Shown here: in pieces, positions 8,434 through 17,980 of the stretch
Layout of the letters: every line of letters starts with the position of its first letter
How positions within the stretch are numbered: the stretch's first letter is position 1
NCBI GenBank assembly: GCA_046565645.1
Contig: JBKHYD010000066.1
Location: 10,528 to 74,527 of the forward strand
Origin: Acidimicrobiia bacterium
Lineage (GTDB): Bacteria > Actinomycetota > Acidimicrobiia > Acidimicrobiales > VFJN01
DNA: 64,000 nt
Direction: 5' to 3'
Program-made: the position numbers and the translations under genes
Notes under the pieces: model-generated
Told to the model about the DNA's origin: nothing
The model's database searches: none
The model's input: only the letters and a program-made list of their open reading frames with translations

Positions 8434-10821
8434 GTGGACGGCGAGGCGGCCACGGTGGTGTCGGCGGCGGCACCAGCGGGCGGCCTCACCGCCCCCGAGG
8501 TCGCCGAGCGCCGGGCCCGGGGCCTCGTCAACGTCACCAGCGCCCACACGAAGCGCACCGTCGGCGGGATCGTGCGGGCCAACGTCGTCACCCGGTTCAA
8601 CGCGATCCTCGGCACGCTCCTCGTCGTGGTCCTCGCCATCGGGGACTACCGCGACGCGCTGTTCGGGATCGTGCTGGTGTCCAACGCGCTCGTCGGGATC
8701 GTCCAGGAGCTCCGGGCCAAGCGCACCCTGGACCGCCTGGAGCTGGTCGCCACCCCGAAGGCGACGGTCGTCCGCGACGGCGTCGTCGCCGAGGTGCCGG
8801 TCACCGACGTCGTCCAGGACGACCTGCTGGAGGCCCACGGCGGCGACCAGGTGGTCGTGGACGGGATCGTGGCGGAATCGGCCAACCTCGAGGTCGACGA
8901 GTCCCTCCTCACCGGGGAGGCCGACCCGATCCACAAGGGCCCCGGCGACCGGGTGCTCTCCGGCTCCTTCGTCGTGGCCGGCCACGGTCGCTACCGGGCC
9001 ACCGCGGTGGGCGACGACGCCTACGCCGCCCGCCTCGCGCAGGAGGTGAAGCAGTTCACGCTGACCCGCTCCGAGCTGCGAGCCGGGACGGACCGCATCC
9101 TGCGGGTGCTCACCTGGGTGCTGGTCCCCACCGCCGGGCTGCTCGTCGTGTCGCAGCTGAACCACAACACCAGCTTCGTGGACGCCGTCAGCGGCTCCGT
9201 GGCCGGGATCGCGGCCAGCATCCCCGAGGGCCTCGTGCTGCTGACGAGCATGGCGTTCGCCGTCGGCGTCATCCGCCTCGGCCGGCGCCAGGCGCTGGTC
9301 CAGGAGCTGGCTGCGGTCGAGATGCTGGCCCGGGTCGACGTGGTCTGCGTGGACAAGACCGGCACGCTCACCGCCGGTGGCCTGAGCGGAGGCTCGCTGC
9401 ACCGGGTGGACGACGACCTCACCGACGAGCAGGTCCGCACCGCCATCGGCGCGCTGGTGGCCGCCGAGCCGCGACCGAACGCCAGCCTCGCCGCCCTGGC
9501 CGAGCTCGGTCAGCCGGCGACGTGGCCGGTCACCGCCACCGTGGCGTTCTCGTCGGCCCGCAAGTGGAGCGCGGCGTCGTTCGAAGGGGCCGGGACGTGG
9601 GTGCTCGGTGCTCCCGACGTGCTGCTCGAGCCCGGCGACCCGGTCCGTGCTCGCGCCGAGGAGCTCGCCGCCGGCGGGTCCCGGGTGCTGCTCGTGTGCC
9701 GCACCACCGCCCCCCTCGATGGGGAGGACCTGCCCGGCGAGCGCCGTCCCGCCGCGCTCTGCAGCCTCGAGGAGCAGATCCGCGTCGAGGCTCCCGACAC
9801 GATCGCCTGGTTCCGCCGGCAGGGGGTGGCGGTGAAGGTCATCTCGGGCGACCACCCGGTGACCGTGGGCAACATCGCCGGTCACGTGGGCGTGGAGGGC
9901 GCCGACCTCCCCGTCGATGCTCGCCGGCTCCCCGAGGACCTCGACCGGCTGGCCGACCTCATGGAGGAGCGCTCGGTGTTCGGGCGGGTGCAACCCCATC
10001 AGAAGCGGGCCATGGTAGGGGCGCTGCAGGCGCGCGGGCACGTGGTGGCGATGACCGGCGACGGCGTGAACGACGTCCTGGCCCTGAAGGACGCCGACAT
10101 CGGCGTGGCCATGGGCTCGGGCTCCGGGGCCAGCCGCTCGGTGGCCCAGCTGGTGCTGTTGGACGACTCGTTCGCATCGCTCCCCGCCGTGGTGGCCGAG
10201 GGCCGGCGGGTCATCGCCAACATCGAACGGGTGGCCAACCTGTTCGTCACCAAGTCGGTGTACGCGCTCCTGCTCTCGATCGCGATCGGCGTGGCCCAGC
10301 TGCCGTTCCCGTTCTACCCCCGGCACCTCACCATCATCTCCAGCCTCACGATCGGCATCCCCGGGTTCTTCCTGGCCCTCGCGCCCAACGAGCGCCGGGC
10401 CCACCCCGGCTTCGTCGGACGGGTGGCCCGGTTCGCCGTCCCGGCCGGGGTGGTGGCCGCCGCGGCCACCTTCGGGGGCTACTACCTGGCTCGCACCGAG
10501 CCCGGCATCACGCTCACCGGCGAGCGGACCACCGCCGTGATCGTGCTGTTCCTGGTGGCCGGCTGGGTGCTCATGATCCTGGCCCGCCCGCTCAACCCGG
10601 CCCGCGTCGCCATGCTGGCGTCGCTCGGCGCCGCCTTCGTGGTCGCCATGTCGGTGCCGCTCCTCCGTGAGTTCTTCGAGCTGCGGATCCCGCCGGTCAT
10701 CGTCGTCTTCGCGGCGATCGGCATCGGCGCCATCGCCATCGGCGTGCTGGAGGCGGGCTGGCAGATCGTCGAGTGGCGTCGCCGCCACCTGGGCTACGAC
10801 GACGACCCCGGCCCGACCTGA
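8434..10821 (+). CDS. P-type cation ATPase, CtpE-like
   Basis: TGE, IPEGL, DKTGT, ISGD and GDGVND motifs; multiple TM helices. Start approximate. Confidence 0.92.
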   Translation: MDGEAATVVSAAAPAGGLTAPEVAERRARGLVNVTSAHTKRTVGGIVRANVVTRFNAILGTLLVVVLAIGDYRDALFGIVLVSNALVGIVQELRAKRTLDRLELVATPKATVVRDGVVAEVPVTDVVQDDLLEAHGGDQVVVDGIVAESANLEVDESLLTGEADPIHKGPGDRVLSGSFVVAGHGRYRATAVGDDAYAARLAQEVKQFTLTRSELRAGTDRILRVLTWVLVPTAGLLVVSQLNHNTSFVDAVSGSVAGIAASIPEGLVLLTSMAFAVGVIRLGRRQALVQELAAVEMLARVDVVCVDKTGTLTAGGLSGGSLHRVDDDLTDEQVRTAIGALVAAEPRPNASLAALAELGQPATWPVTATVAFSSARKWSAASFEGAGTWVLGAPDVLLEPGDPVRARAEELAAGGSRVLLVCRTTAPLDGEDLPGERRPAALCSLEEQIRVEAPDTIAWFRRQGVAVKVISGDHPVTVGNIAGHVGVEGADLPVDARRLPEDLDRLADLMEERSVFGRVQPHQKRAMVGALQARGHVVAMTGDGVNDVLALKDADIGVAMGSGSGASRSVAQLVLLDDSFASLPAVVAEGRRVIANIERVANLFVTKSVYALLLSIAIGVAQLPFPFYPRHLTIISSLTIGIPGFFLALAPNERRAHPGFVGRVARFAVPAGVVAAAATFGGYYLARTEPGITLTGERTTAVIVLFLVAGWVLMILARPLNPARVAMLASLGAAFVVAMSVPLLREFFELRIPPVIVVFAAIGIGAIAIGVLEAGWQIVEWRRRHLGYDDDPGPT

Positions 10822-10917
10822 CGTCCCCGCTCCCCGCCGAACCCTCGCCTCACCGGGGCCGGGGCCCCCGTCCACGGCCTCCTCTGCACTCCGAGCTCTG
10901 GTTCGGCGCGATGGCGC

Positions 10918-11553
10918 TCAGACGAGGCTGAGGACGAGGCCGACCTGACCGAGGTGGTAGGTGACCATGATGACCAGGCGGTGGTGGGGGGTCTCGCGGA
11001 TGAACCGGTTCCAGGCGATCAGCGCGTCGCTGGCGTAGAAGGAGCCGGCGCCGGCCACCGCCACCGCGGAGCCGGTCCCGAACGCGGTGGCGACCATGGC
11101 GGAGATCACCCCGATGTACGCCGTGACGGGCGAGGCGAGCGCCGGATCGTCCCCCGAGCGCACCGCGCGCAGGATGCGCACGCCGAGTAGGCCGACGGCG
11201 AGCAGCACGACGAGCACCCCGATGCCGAGGCCGACCAGCGAGACCCCGTCGGTGAGCATCCCCCCGACGTACGCCACGTGGCCGAGCAGGAAGGCTCCCA
11301 GCCCGAACACGAACAGGTCCTGCGGGAGCATGAGGAAGACATCGCCGACGAGGCAGAGCACGAGTGCCACCAGGAACCACGTGCGGACGGTCTCGTCGGG
11401 GACGTCCAGGGCCAGAGCGGTGGCGATGAGCACCACCATCGTGAGCGGCTTGCAGACGTACTCGAGGCCCTTGTTCCCCTGCTCCACGGCGATCCAGTTG
11501 CCTCCCGCCACCACGAGGGTGAGCGCCAGCAGCAGGAACGCGGTGCCGGTCAC
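10918..11553 (-). CDS. YhhN/TMEM86 lysoplasmalogenase family membrane protein
   Basis: KP, GDVFLM, GLGAFLLGHVAY, SDALIA and TYHLGQ motifs. GTG overlaps the reductase stop. Confidence 0.88.
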   Translation of the reverse strand: MTGTAFLLLALTLVVAGGNWIAVEQGNKGLEYVCKPLTMVVLIATALALDVPDETVRTWFLVALVLCLVGDVFLMLPQDLFVFGLGAFLLGHVAYVGGMLTDGVSLVGLGIGVLVVLLAVGLLGVRILRAVRSGDDPALASPVTAYIGVISAMVATAFGTGSAVAVAGAGSFYASDALIAWNRFIRETPHHRLVIMVTYHLGQVGLVLSLV

Positions 11554-12767
11554 GAGGCGGCCCGGGCGGTGGCGAGCGCCTCGTCGTAGGGCGTGGGCTG
11601 CTCGAGCATCGACCGCCAGCGCATCACCTTGGCCGGCATGTTCATGCCGAGGATCCCGACCAGGCGCCCAGCGCGGCCGTACATGGCGACGAAGCGGCGC
11701 GCCGCCGGCTCGCCGGCCACCACCTTGACCACGTCCTCGGCCCCGGCCCGCCCGGCCAGCTGGATCTTGCGGTCGTACTGGTCGCTCCAGAACCACGGCA
11801 CCGGCGCAAAGGGCTCCCCTCGTCGACCGGCCAGCTCGGCCAGCAGGGTCCGTGCGGCGTGGCCGCCCATCTCCACGGCGTTGTCCCAGTGCTCGACCCG
11901 CATCACCTCGTCGAAGCGGGGGTTGGGCCAGCGGGCCACGTCGCCGCAGGCCACCACGCCTGGTGCGGCCAGGCAGGTCTCGTCGCACACGATCCCGTTG
12001 TCCAGGCTGAGCCCGCTGCCCTCCAGCCAGTCCGTGTTCGGGACGACCCCGATGCCCACGACGACCACGTCGGCCTCGAGCACCGTGCCGTCGGTCAGGC
12101 GGACGCGGTCCACGTGGTCGTCCCCCTCCAGCCGCACCACCCCGACGCCGAGGCGCAGGTCGACCCCGTGGTCGCGGTGCAGGTCCGCCATCACCGCGCC
12201 CATGGCCGGACCGAGGCCTCGCTCGAGCGGCACGGGCAGCGCCTCGACGAGGCTGACGTCCAGCCCGAGCCCGCGACAGGTGGCGGTCACCTCGGCGCCG
12301 ATGAAGCCCGCTCCGACGACCACGACCCGGCGGGCGCCGTCCAGCGCCTTGCGCAGGGCCACGCTGTCGTCGAGCGTCCGCAGCGTGTGGACTCCGGCCA
12401 GGTGGTCGGTGCCCGGGAGGCGACGGGCGTGGGCGCCGGTGGCGACGACCAGGCCGGTGAAGGGCAGGTGCTCCCCGCCACCGAGGACCACCTCCCGGGC
12501 GGCGAGGTCGAGCGCGGTGGCGGTGGCGCCGAGCCGCCAGTCGAGGTCGAGGTCGTCGACGCCCCCCTCGGCGGGCGTGAGCACGATGTCGCCCGGACCC
12601 TGGGTGCCCGCCAGCACCTGCTTCGACAGCGGCGGCCGGTCGTAGGGCCGGTGGGGTTCGTCGCCCACCATCGTGATCGATCCGTCGAAGCCACCCTGGC
12701 GGAGGGCCTCCGCGGCCCGGAACCCGGCCTGCGAGGCACCCACCACGACGACGACGGGGCCGCCCAC
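11550..12767 (-). CDS. NAD(P)H:ferredoxin reductase (ONFR/putidaredoxin-reductase type)
   Basis: VVGAS.AG, PYDRPPLSK, ATG, GAGFIGAE, GD, RVEHW and WFWSDQY motifs. Confidence 0.93.
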   Translation of the reverse strand: MGGPVVVVVGASQAGFRAAEALRQGGFDGSITMVGDEPHRPYDRPPLSKQVLAGTQGPGDIVLTPAEGGVDDLDLDWRLGATATALDLAAREVVLGGGEHLPFTGLVVATGAHARRLPGTDHLAGVHTLRTLDDSVALRKALDGARRVVVVGAGFIGAEVTATCRGLGLDVSLVEALPVPLERGLGPAMGAVMADLHRDHGVDLRLGVGVVRLEGDDHVDRVRLTDGTVLEADVVVVGIGVVPNTDWLEGSGLSLDNGIVCDETCLAAPGVVACGDVARWPNPRFDEVMRVEHWDNAVEMGGHAARTLLAELAGRRGEPFAPVPWFWSDQYDRKIQLAGRAGAEDVVKVVAGEPAARRFVAMYGRAGRLVGILGMNMPAKVMRWRSMLEQPTPYDEALATARAAS

Positions 12768-12775
12768 GGTGACGC

Positions 12776-12967
12776 TCAGCCCTCGATGGTGATGGCCTGC
12801 TTCGGGCAGCGGCGGGCCGCCTCCTCGACCTTCGGGCGCAGCTCCTCGGGCGGCTCCTCCTGGAGGACGTAGAGGAAGTCGTCGTCGCGCACCTCGAACA
12901 CCTCGGGGGCAGCGGCCATGCACAGGGCGTTGCTCTCGCACAGGTCGAAGTCGACGACGACGCGCAT
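12776..12967 (-). CDS. Single-cluster ferredoxin ([3Fe-4S]/P450-type)
   Basis: 63 aa, CESNALC...CP pattern. Confidence 0.92.
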   Translation of the reverse strand: MRVVVDFDLCESNALCMAAAPEVFEVRDDDFLYVLQEEPPEELRPKVEEAARRCPKQAITIEG

Positions 12968-13025
12968 CTTGCTCTCCTCTGGTCGGGCGATCAGGAGCCG
13001 GTCCGGAACCTAGCCTGCTCAGCCG

Positions 13026-14246
13026 ATGCCCCTGACCTCCGACGCGCTGCGCCTCGACGAGGCCCGACACATCGCGCTCCACGCCCAGGGCTTCGCCGAC
13101 CCCCGCCCCTCCGGACGGGTGGACCGACGCCACCTCCGCCGGGTGCTCGACCGCGTGGGCGTGGTGCAGATCGACTCGGTCAACGTGCTGACGCGCTCGC
13201 ACGAGCTCTCGTTCCTGGCTCGCCTCGGCGCCTATCCCCGGGCCGCGCTGGCGGACTGGCTCTGGGGCAGCGGGGAGGTGTTCGAGTACTGGGCGCACGA
13301 GGCGTCGCTGCTCCCGGTCGAGCTGCACCCGCTGCTGCGGTGGCGGATGGCGGAGGACCACGCCTGGGGTGGGCCGTCGGCCACCGCCGCCCAGCGGCCT
13401 GAGCTCGTGGAGGCGCTGCTCGCCGCCGTCCGGGAGCGGGGCCCCGTCACCCTGGCCGAGCTCGAGCACCTGGGCGACGACATCAAGCGCCCACCGCCCA
13501 GGCCCGGCGCGATGTGGAACTGGACGCCGGCCAAGAAGGCCGTCGAGCACCTGTTCTGGCAGGGAGCCGTCAGTGCCCTCCGCAACCCGCAGTCCTTCGG
13601 CCGCCGCTACGTGCTGCCCGAACAGGTGGTTCCGCCGGAGGTGCTGGCCACCCCGACCCCCACCGACGACGAGGCCCGCAAGGCGCTCCTGCTCCGGGCT
13701 GCCCGCAGCCACGGCGTCGGCACCGCCCGATGCCTGGCCGACTACCACCGGATCAACCTCCCGCTGGGCCGACGCCTGCTCGAGGAGCTGGCGGACGACG
13801 GGGCGCTGCGGCGGGTCCGGGTTGAGGGGTGGTCCCAGCCGGCCTACCTGCACCCCGATGCCCGCCTCCCCCGTCGCGTCCCCGCCTCGGCGCTGCTGTC
13901 ACCCTTCGACTCGCTGGTGTGGGAGCGAGCTCGGGTGGAGACGCTGTTCGGCTTCCGCTACCGCATCGAGATCTACGTGCCGGCCGCCAAGCGCGTCCAC
14001 GGCTACTACGTGCTGCCCTTCCTCCACGACGGCCGGCTCGTGGCCCGGGTCGACCTGAAGGCCGACCGCGGGGCCGGGGTGCTCCGGGTCCGAGGTGCGT
14101 TCGCCGAGCCGGCGTTCGACCGGGACCACGACCTCCCGCCCCTGGTCGACCGGCTGCAGGAGATGAGGGGCTTCCTCGACCTCGAGGACCTCGCCGTCGA
14201 GGCCCGCGGCGACCTCGCCCCCGACCTCCGGCGCGCCACCACCTGA
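13026..14246 (+). CDS. YcaQ/AlkZ-family (HTH_42) DNA crosslink-repair glycosylase
   Basis: QIDSV (QxD), EYWAHEAS, LSPFD, YRIEIY and GYYVLP motifs. Confidence 0.9.
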   Translation: MPLTSDALRLDEARHIALHAQGFADPRPSGRVDRRHLRRVLDRVGVVQIDSVNVLTRSHELSFLARLGAYPRAALADWLWGSGEVFEYWAHEASLLPVELHPLLRWRMAEDHAWGGPSATAAQRPELVEALLAAVRERGPVTLAELEHLGDDIKRPPPRPGAMWNWTPAKKAVEHLFWQGAVSALRNPQSFGRRYVLPEQVVPPEVLATPTPTDDEARKALLLRAARSHGVGTARCLADYHRINLPLGRRLLEELADDGALRRVRVEGWSQPAYLHPDARLPRRVPASALLSPFDSLVWERARVETLFGFRYRIEIYVPAAKRVHGYYVLPFLHDGRLVARVDLKADRGAGVLRVRGAFAEPAFDRDHDLPPLVDRLQEMRGFLDLEDLAVEARGDLAPDLRRATT

Positions 14247-14298
14247 CGGCAGCCGGACCCGACCGCGCGCAGCCCCGGCGCTGACGGGCGAACGAGGG

Positions 14299-15267
14299 CT
14301 ACGGCTGGTGCGGCAGGGGCTCGGGCTGGGCGGTGAGGACCTCCACGCCGTCCGCCGTCACGGCCAGGGTGTGCTCGTACTGGGCGGTTCGGCGCCGGTC
14401 GGCGGTGACGGCCGTCCAGCCGTCGTCCCAGAGCTCGTGCTCCCAGGAGCCCATCGTGATCATGGGCTCGATGGTGAAGGTCATGCCCTCTTCGATCGGC
14501 TTGGTGAGGCTCGGCTCGAAGTAGTGGGGCACGTGCAGGTCCGTGTGGAACTGGGTGCCGATGCCGTGGCCCACGAAGCTGCGCACCACCCCGAAGCCGT
14601 TGCCCTCAGCGTGCTCCTGGATCGCCTTGCCGATCACGTTGAACGGGCGACCGGGACGGACCTCGGCGATGGCCCGGTCCAGGCACTCCTTGGTGACCTG
14701 CACCAGCCGGCGGCTGTTGGGGTCGACGTCGCCGACGAGGAAGGTGGCGTTGGTGTCGCCGTGGACGCCGTCGAGGTAGATGGTGACGTCGAGGTTCACG
14801 ATGTCGCCGTCGACGAGGCGCCGGTCGTCGGGGATGCCGTGGCAGATGACCTCGTTGACCGACGTGCAGATCGACTTCGGGAAGCCGCTGTAGTTGAGCG
14901 GACTCGGGTAGCCGCCCCGCTCGATGCAGGCCTCGTGGCAGATGGCGTCGAGCTCGTCGGTGGTGATGCCCGGGCGCACGGCGGCGCCCGTGAGGGCCAG
15001 CACCTCGGCCGCGGCCTGGCCGGCCCGGCGCATCCGCTGGATGACCTCCGCCGTCTGCACGCCGCTCTCGGGGATCCGCACCGGGCGGCCGGTCTCGGCG
15101 TAGGGCGGACGGGGGATGTGGGCCGGGACGTCGCGCATCGGGCTGAGGCGGCCGGGACGGATGCGGTCGGTGGCGGCCTTGTGGCAGCGCTTGAACTTCT
15201 TGCCGCTGCCGCACCAGCAGGGGTCGTTGGCCTTCGGGACCGCGCGGCCGCTCGTCGTCACCGTCAT
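14299..15267 (-). CDS. map: Type I methionine aminopeptidase with N-terminal SEC-C motif
   Basis: NDPCWCGSGKKFKRCH followed by CTSVNEVICHGIP, DVT..GD, GHGIG..FH, TIEP and EHT. Confidence 0.95.
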   Translation of the reverse strand: MTVTTSGRAVPKANDPCWCGSGKKFKRCHKAATDRIRPGRLSPMRDVPAHIPRPPYAETGRPVRIPESGVQTAEVIQRMRRAGQAAAEVLALTGAAVRPGITTDELDAICHEACIERGGYPSPLNYSGFPKSICTSVNEVICHGIPDDRRLVDGDIVNLDVTIYLDGVHGDTNATFLVGDVDPNSRRLVQVTKECLDRAIAEVRPGRPFNVIGKAIQEHAEGNGFGVVRSFVGHGIGTQFHTDLHVPHYFEPSLTKPIEEGMTFTIEPMITMGSWEHELWDDGWTAVTADRRRTAQYEHTLAVTADGVEVLTAQPEPLPHQP

Positions 15268-15378
15268 CAGACCAAGGCTACCGGCGCACCTGCGGCACCG
15301 GCCCCGACCCCCTCACCGCAACCGATGCCCAGGTGCTGCGGGGAGCCGTGCTCCCCGGCCCCGGCTCCCAGGGTGGGC

Positions 15379-16527
15379 TCAGCCCGGGGCGCACCGGGCG
15401 ACGGGCGCGCCGTCGAGCCGGGCTGGATCTGGGATGGCACCCGTGCCAGGACCGGTCGGCACCGGGACGAGGCCGTCGGCGCCGGGGAGCTGCGGGTCGG
15501 CGAGGTCGGGGGCGAAGCGGCCCCGGGGGTCGAGGTCCGGGGGCAGGGCCATGCCCGGGAGCGCAGCCACAGCGAGGTTGGCCGCCCGACCGACGCCCGT
15601 CTCGAGCATGCCACCGGTCCAGACCGGCAGGCCCAGCTCGAGGCACCGGTCGTGGATGGCCCGGGCGGCGACCCACCCCCCGACCCGACCCGGCTTCAGG
15701 CACAGGACCCCGCACGCCCCGAGCGCCACCGCCGCCTCCAGGGCGCCGATCGAGGTGATGGGCTCGTCGAGGCAGACGGGGGTCGCCAGCTGCCGGGCCA
15801 GCCGGGCGGTGCCGGTGAGGTCGTCCGGGGCCAGCGGCTGCTCGAGGCAGGTCAGCCCCAGCTCGTCGAGGGCGGCCAGCTCCTTCCTGTCGGTGGGCTC
15901 GTCGAGCCGGAAGGACCCGTTGGCATCCGCCTGGAGCGCCGCCGCCTCCCCCAGGTGGGCTCGCAGGGCCCGGAGGGGCTCGAGGGCCCGGCCGGGAGCG
16001 ATCTTCACCCGGAGGCGGGCGGCACCGGCGGCGAGCGCAGCGTCGGCCTCGGCTAGGAGCTCGTCGACGGTGGGGTGCAGGCCGAGGGCGGCGCCCGCCG
16101 GGACCGCCGTGGCGGTGGCGCCGAGCCAGTCGGCGAGGGCACGGCCGGCCGCCCGCAGCTGGGCATCGAGGACCGCCAGCTCCAGCGCCGCCTTGGCCAT
16201 CGGGTGGCCGCGGACCTCGTCGAGCACCGGACCGAGGGCGAGGGCGTCGCCGATCGGGCCCGCCCAGGCGAGCGGGACGAGGTGGTCCCGCAGGACGAGC
16301 GAGGCACCGTCGACGAACTCGGGGGCGTAGGTGGGGCTCGCCTCCGCCACGCACTCGGCCCACCCCTCGGCCTCCCGGGCCACCACGTGGACGAGCAGGA
16401 CGGGCCGCTCGGACCGCGGCCCGGCCGCGGAGGCGAGCGGGGTGACCAGCGGCAGACGGACGACCACCAGCTCGACCGCGTCCACGGTGACCGGCGGCAG
16501 CGGCTCGAGCGGGGTCACGCCCCCCAT
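15379..16527 (-). CDS. menC: o-succinylbenzoate synthase / N-acylamino acid racemase (enolase superfamily)
   Basis: DAN, EQP and DE metal ligands; KPGRVGG; GGMLETGVGRAAN. Confidence 0.8.
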   Translation of the reverse strand: MGGVTPLEPLPPVTVDAVELVVVRLPLVTPLASAAGPRSERPVLLVHVVAREAEGWAECVAEASPTYAPEFVDGASLVLRDHLVPLAWAGPIGDALALGPVLDEVRGHPMAKAALELAVLDAQLRAAGRALADWLGATATAVPAGAALGLHPTVDELLAEADAALAAGAARLRVKIAPGRALEPLRALRAHLGEAAALQADANGSFRLDEPTDRKELAALDELGLTCLEQPLAPDDLTGTARLARQLATPVCLDEPITSIGALEAAVALGACGVLCLKPGRVGGWVAARAIHDRCLELGLPVWTGGMLETGVGRAANLAVAALPGMALPPDLDPRGRFAPDLADPQLPGADGLVPVPTGPGTGAIPDPARLDGAPVARCAPG

Positions 16528-16669
16528 CGTGGCACCGCTGTGGCACCGCCTGGTGCGCCCAGGCCGCCGACATCGAGCCTGCGCTCGAGCGTCCAGCCGG
16601 AGCGGCCACGCTTCGCGCTCGGCGGGCGAGGATCCGCCCGCCGTGGCGCCGCTGTGGGAACGTGAGCGG

Positions 16670-17914
16670 GTGAGCGACGACTACTCCGAGGCCACGGTCA
16701 CCCTCGACGACGTGCGGGCCGCGGCCGCGCGCATCTCGGGTGCGGTCGAGCGGACCCCGAGCGCGCGCTCGCGCACCCTCTCCCTCGTGCTCGGGAGGGA
16801 GGTGGTGGTGAAGTTCGAGAACCTGCAGTTCGTCGCCGCCTTCAAGGAGCGGGGGGCGCTCAACAAGCTGCTGCTCCTGACCGACGGCGAGCGGGCCCGC
16901 GGCGTCGTGGCCATGTCGGCCGGGAACCACGCGCAGGCGGTCGCCCACCACGCCACCCGGCTCGGGATCGACGCCACGATCGTGATGCCGGCTGCCACCC
17001 CGTTCGTGAAGCGGCACCGCACCGAGGTGCTGGGCGCCCGGGTGGTGCTCACCGGCGAGGACCTCACCGAGGCCAAGGCGGAGGCGGACCGCATCGCCGA
17101 GGAGGAGGGCCGGGTCTTCGTCCACCCCTACGACGACCCCGCCATCGTCGCCGGCCAGGGCACGGTCGCCCTCGAGCTCCTCGACGACCACCCTGAGATC
17201 GACGCCCTGCTGGTGCCCGTCGGGGGCGGCGGCCTCCTGGCCGGGATGGCGGTCGCCGCACGGGCGCTGCGACCCGACCTGCGCATCGTGGGGGTGCAGA
17301 GCGAGCGGTGGCCGAGCATGGCGGCGGCGCTCGCCGACCAGGATCCCGTGCTCGACGGGCCCACCATCGCCGAGGGCATCGCGGTGCCGGCCGCCGGCCT
17401 GCTCACCCGCCGCCTCATCGCCGAGCACGTCGACGAGATCGTCACGGTCGGCGACGAGTCCGTCGAGGAGGCCATGAACCTCCTCCTCGAGATCGAGAAG
17501 GTGGTCATCGAGGGGGCCGGAGCGGCCGGCGTCGCCGCGCTGCTCGAGCACCCCGACCTGCTGCGGGGCCGCACCGTGGGCGTGGTCCTCTCGGGCGGCA
17601 ACGTGGACCCCCGGCTGCTGGCTTCGGTGATCATGCGGGGGCTGGTGCGGTCCGGTCGCCTCGTCCGCCTGGAGATCCAGATCCCGGACCAGCCGGGGGT
17701 GCTCGGCCACGTGGCGTCGGTGGTCGGCAAGGCCGGGGCCAACATCGTCGAGATCGTCCACGACCGCATGTTCCTCGACGTGCCCGCCCGCTCGGCCGAG
17801 ATCGAGGTCGTCATGGAGACCTTCGACCACGCCCACGTCGACCTCGTGGTCGCCGCCCTCGCCGACGCCGGCTACGCCGCGAGGGTCGGCGAGGTCACCT
17901 TCGGCCGCCGCTGA
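16670..17914 (+). CDS. ilvA: Threonine ammonia-lyase with a single C-terminal ACT domain
   Basis: KFENLQ...FKERG, SAGNHAQ, GQGT, VGGGGL, SGGN; ACT motif DQPGVL. Confidence 0.88.
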   Translation: MSDDYSEATVTLDDVRAAAARISGAVERTPSARSRTLSLVLGREVVVKFENLQFVAAFKERGALNKLLLLTDGERARGVVAMSAGNHAQAVAHHATRLGIDATIVMPAATPFVKRHRTEVLGARVVLTGEDLTEAKAEADRIAEEEGRVFVHPYDDPAIVAGQGTVALELLDDHPEIDALLVPVGGGGLLAGMAVAARALRPDLRIVGVQSERWPSMAAALADQDPVLDGPTIAEGIAVPAAGLLTRRLIAEHVDEIVTVGDESVEEAMNLLLEIEKVVIEGAGAAGVAALLEHPDLLRGRTVGVVLSGGNVDPRLLASVIMRGLVRSGRLVRLEIQIPDQPGVLGHVASVVGKAGANIVEIVHDRMFLDVPARSAEIEVVMETFDHAHVDLVVAALADAGYAARVGEVTFGRR

Positions 17915-17973
17915 CACGACGTCTGTGTGTACTTCTGCGCCTCAGCGGCTCGAAAGCCCACACAGACGTCGTG
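17915..17973. repeat. REP/MITE-like palindrome, copy 1
   Basis: 15-bp perfect arms CACGACGTCTGTGTG / CACACAGACGTCGTG between convergent genes. A homologous copy lies at 20500. Confidence 0.8.
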
Positions 17974-17980
17974 GGGGGGT

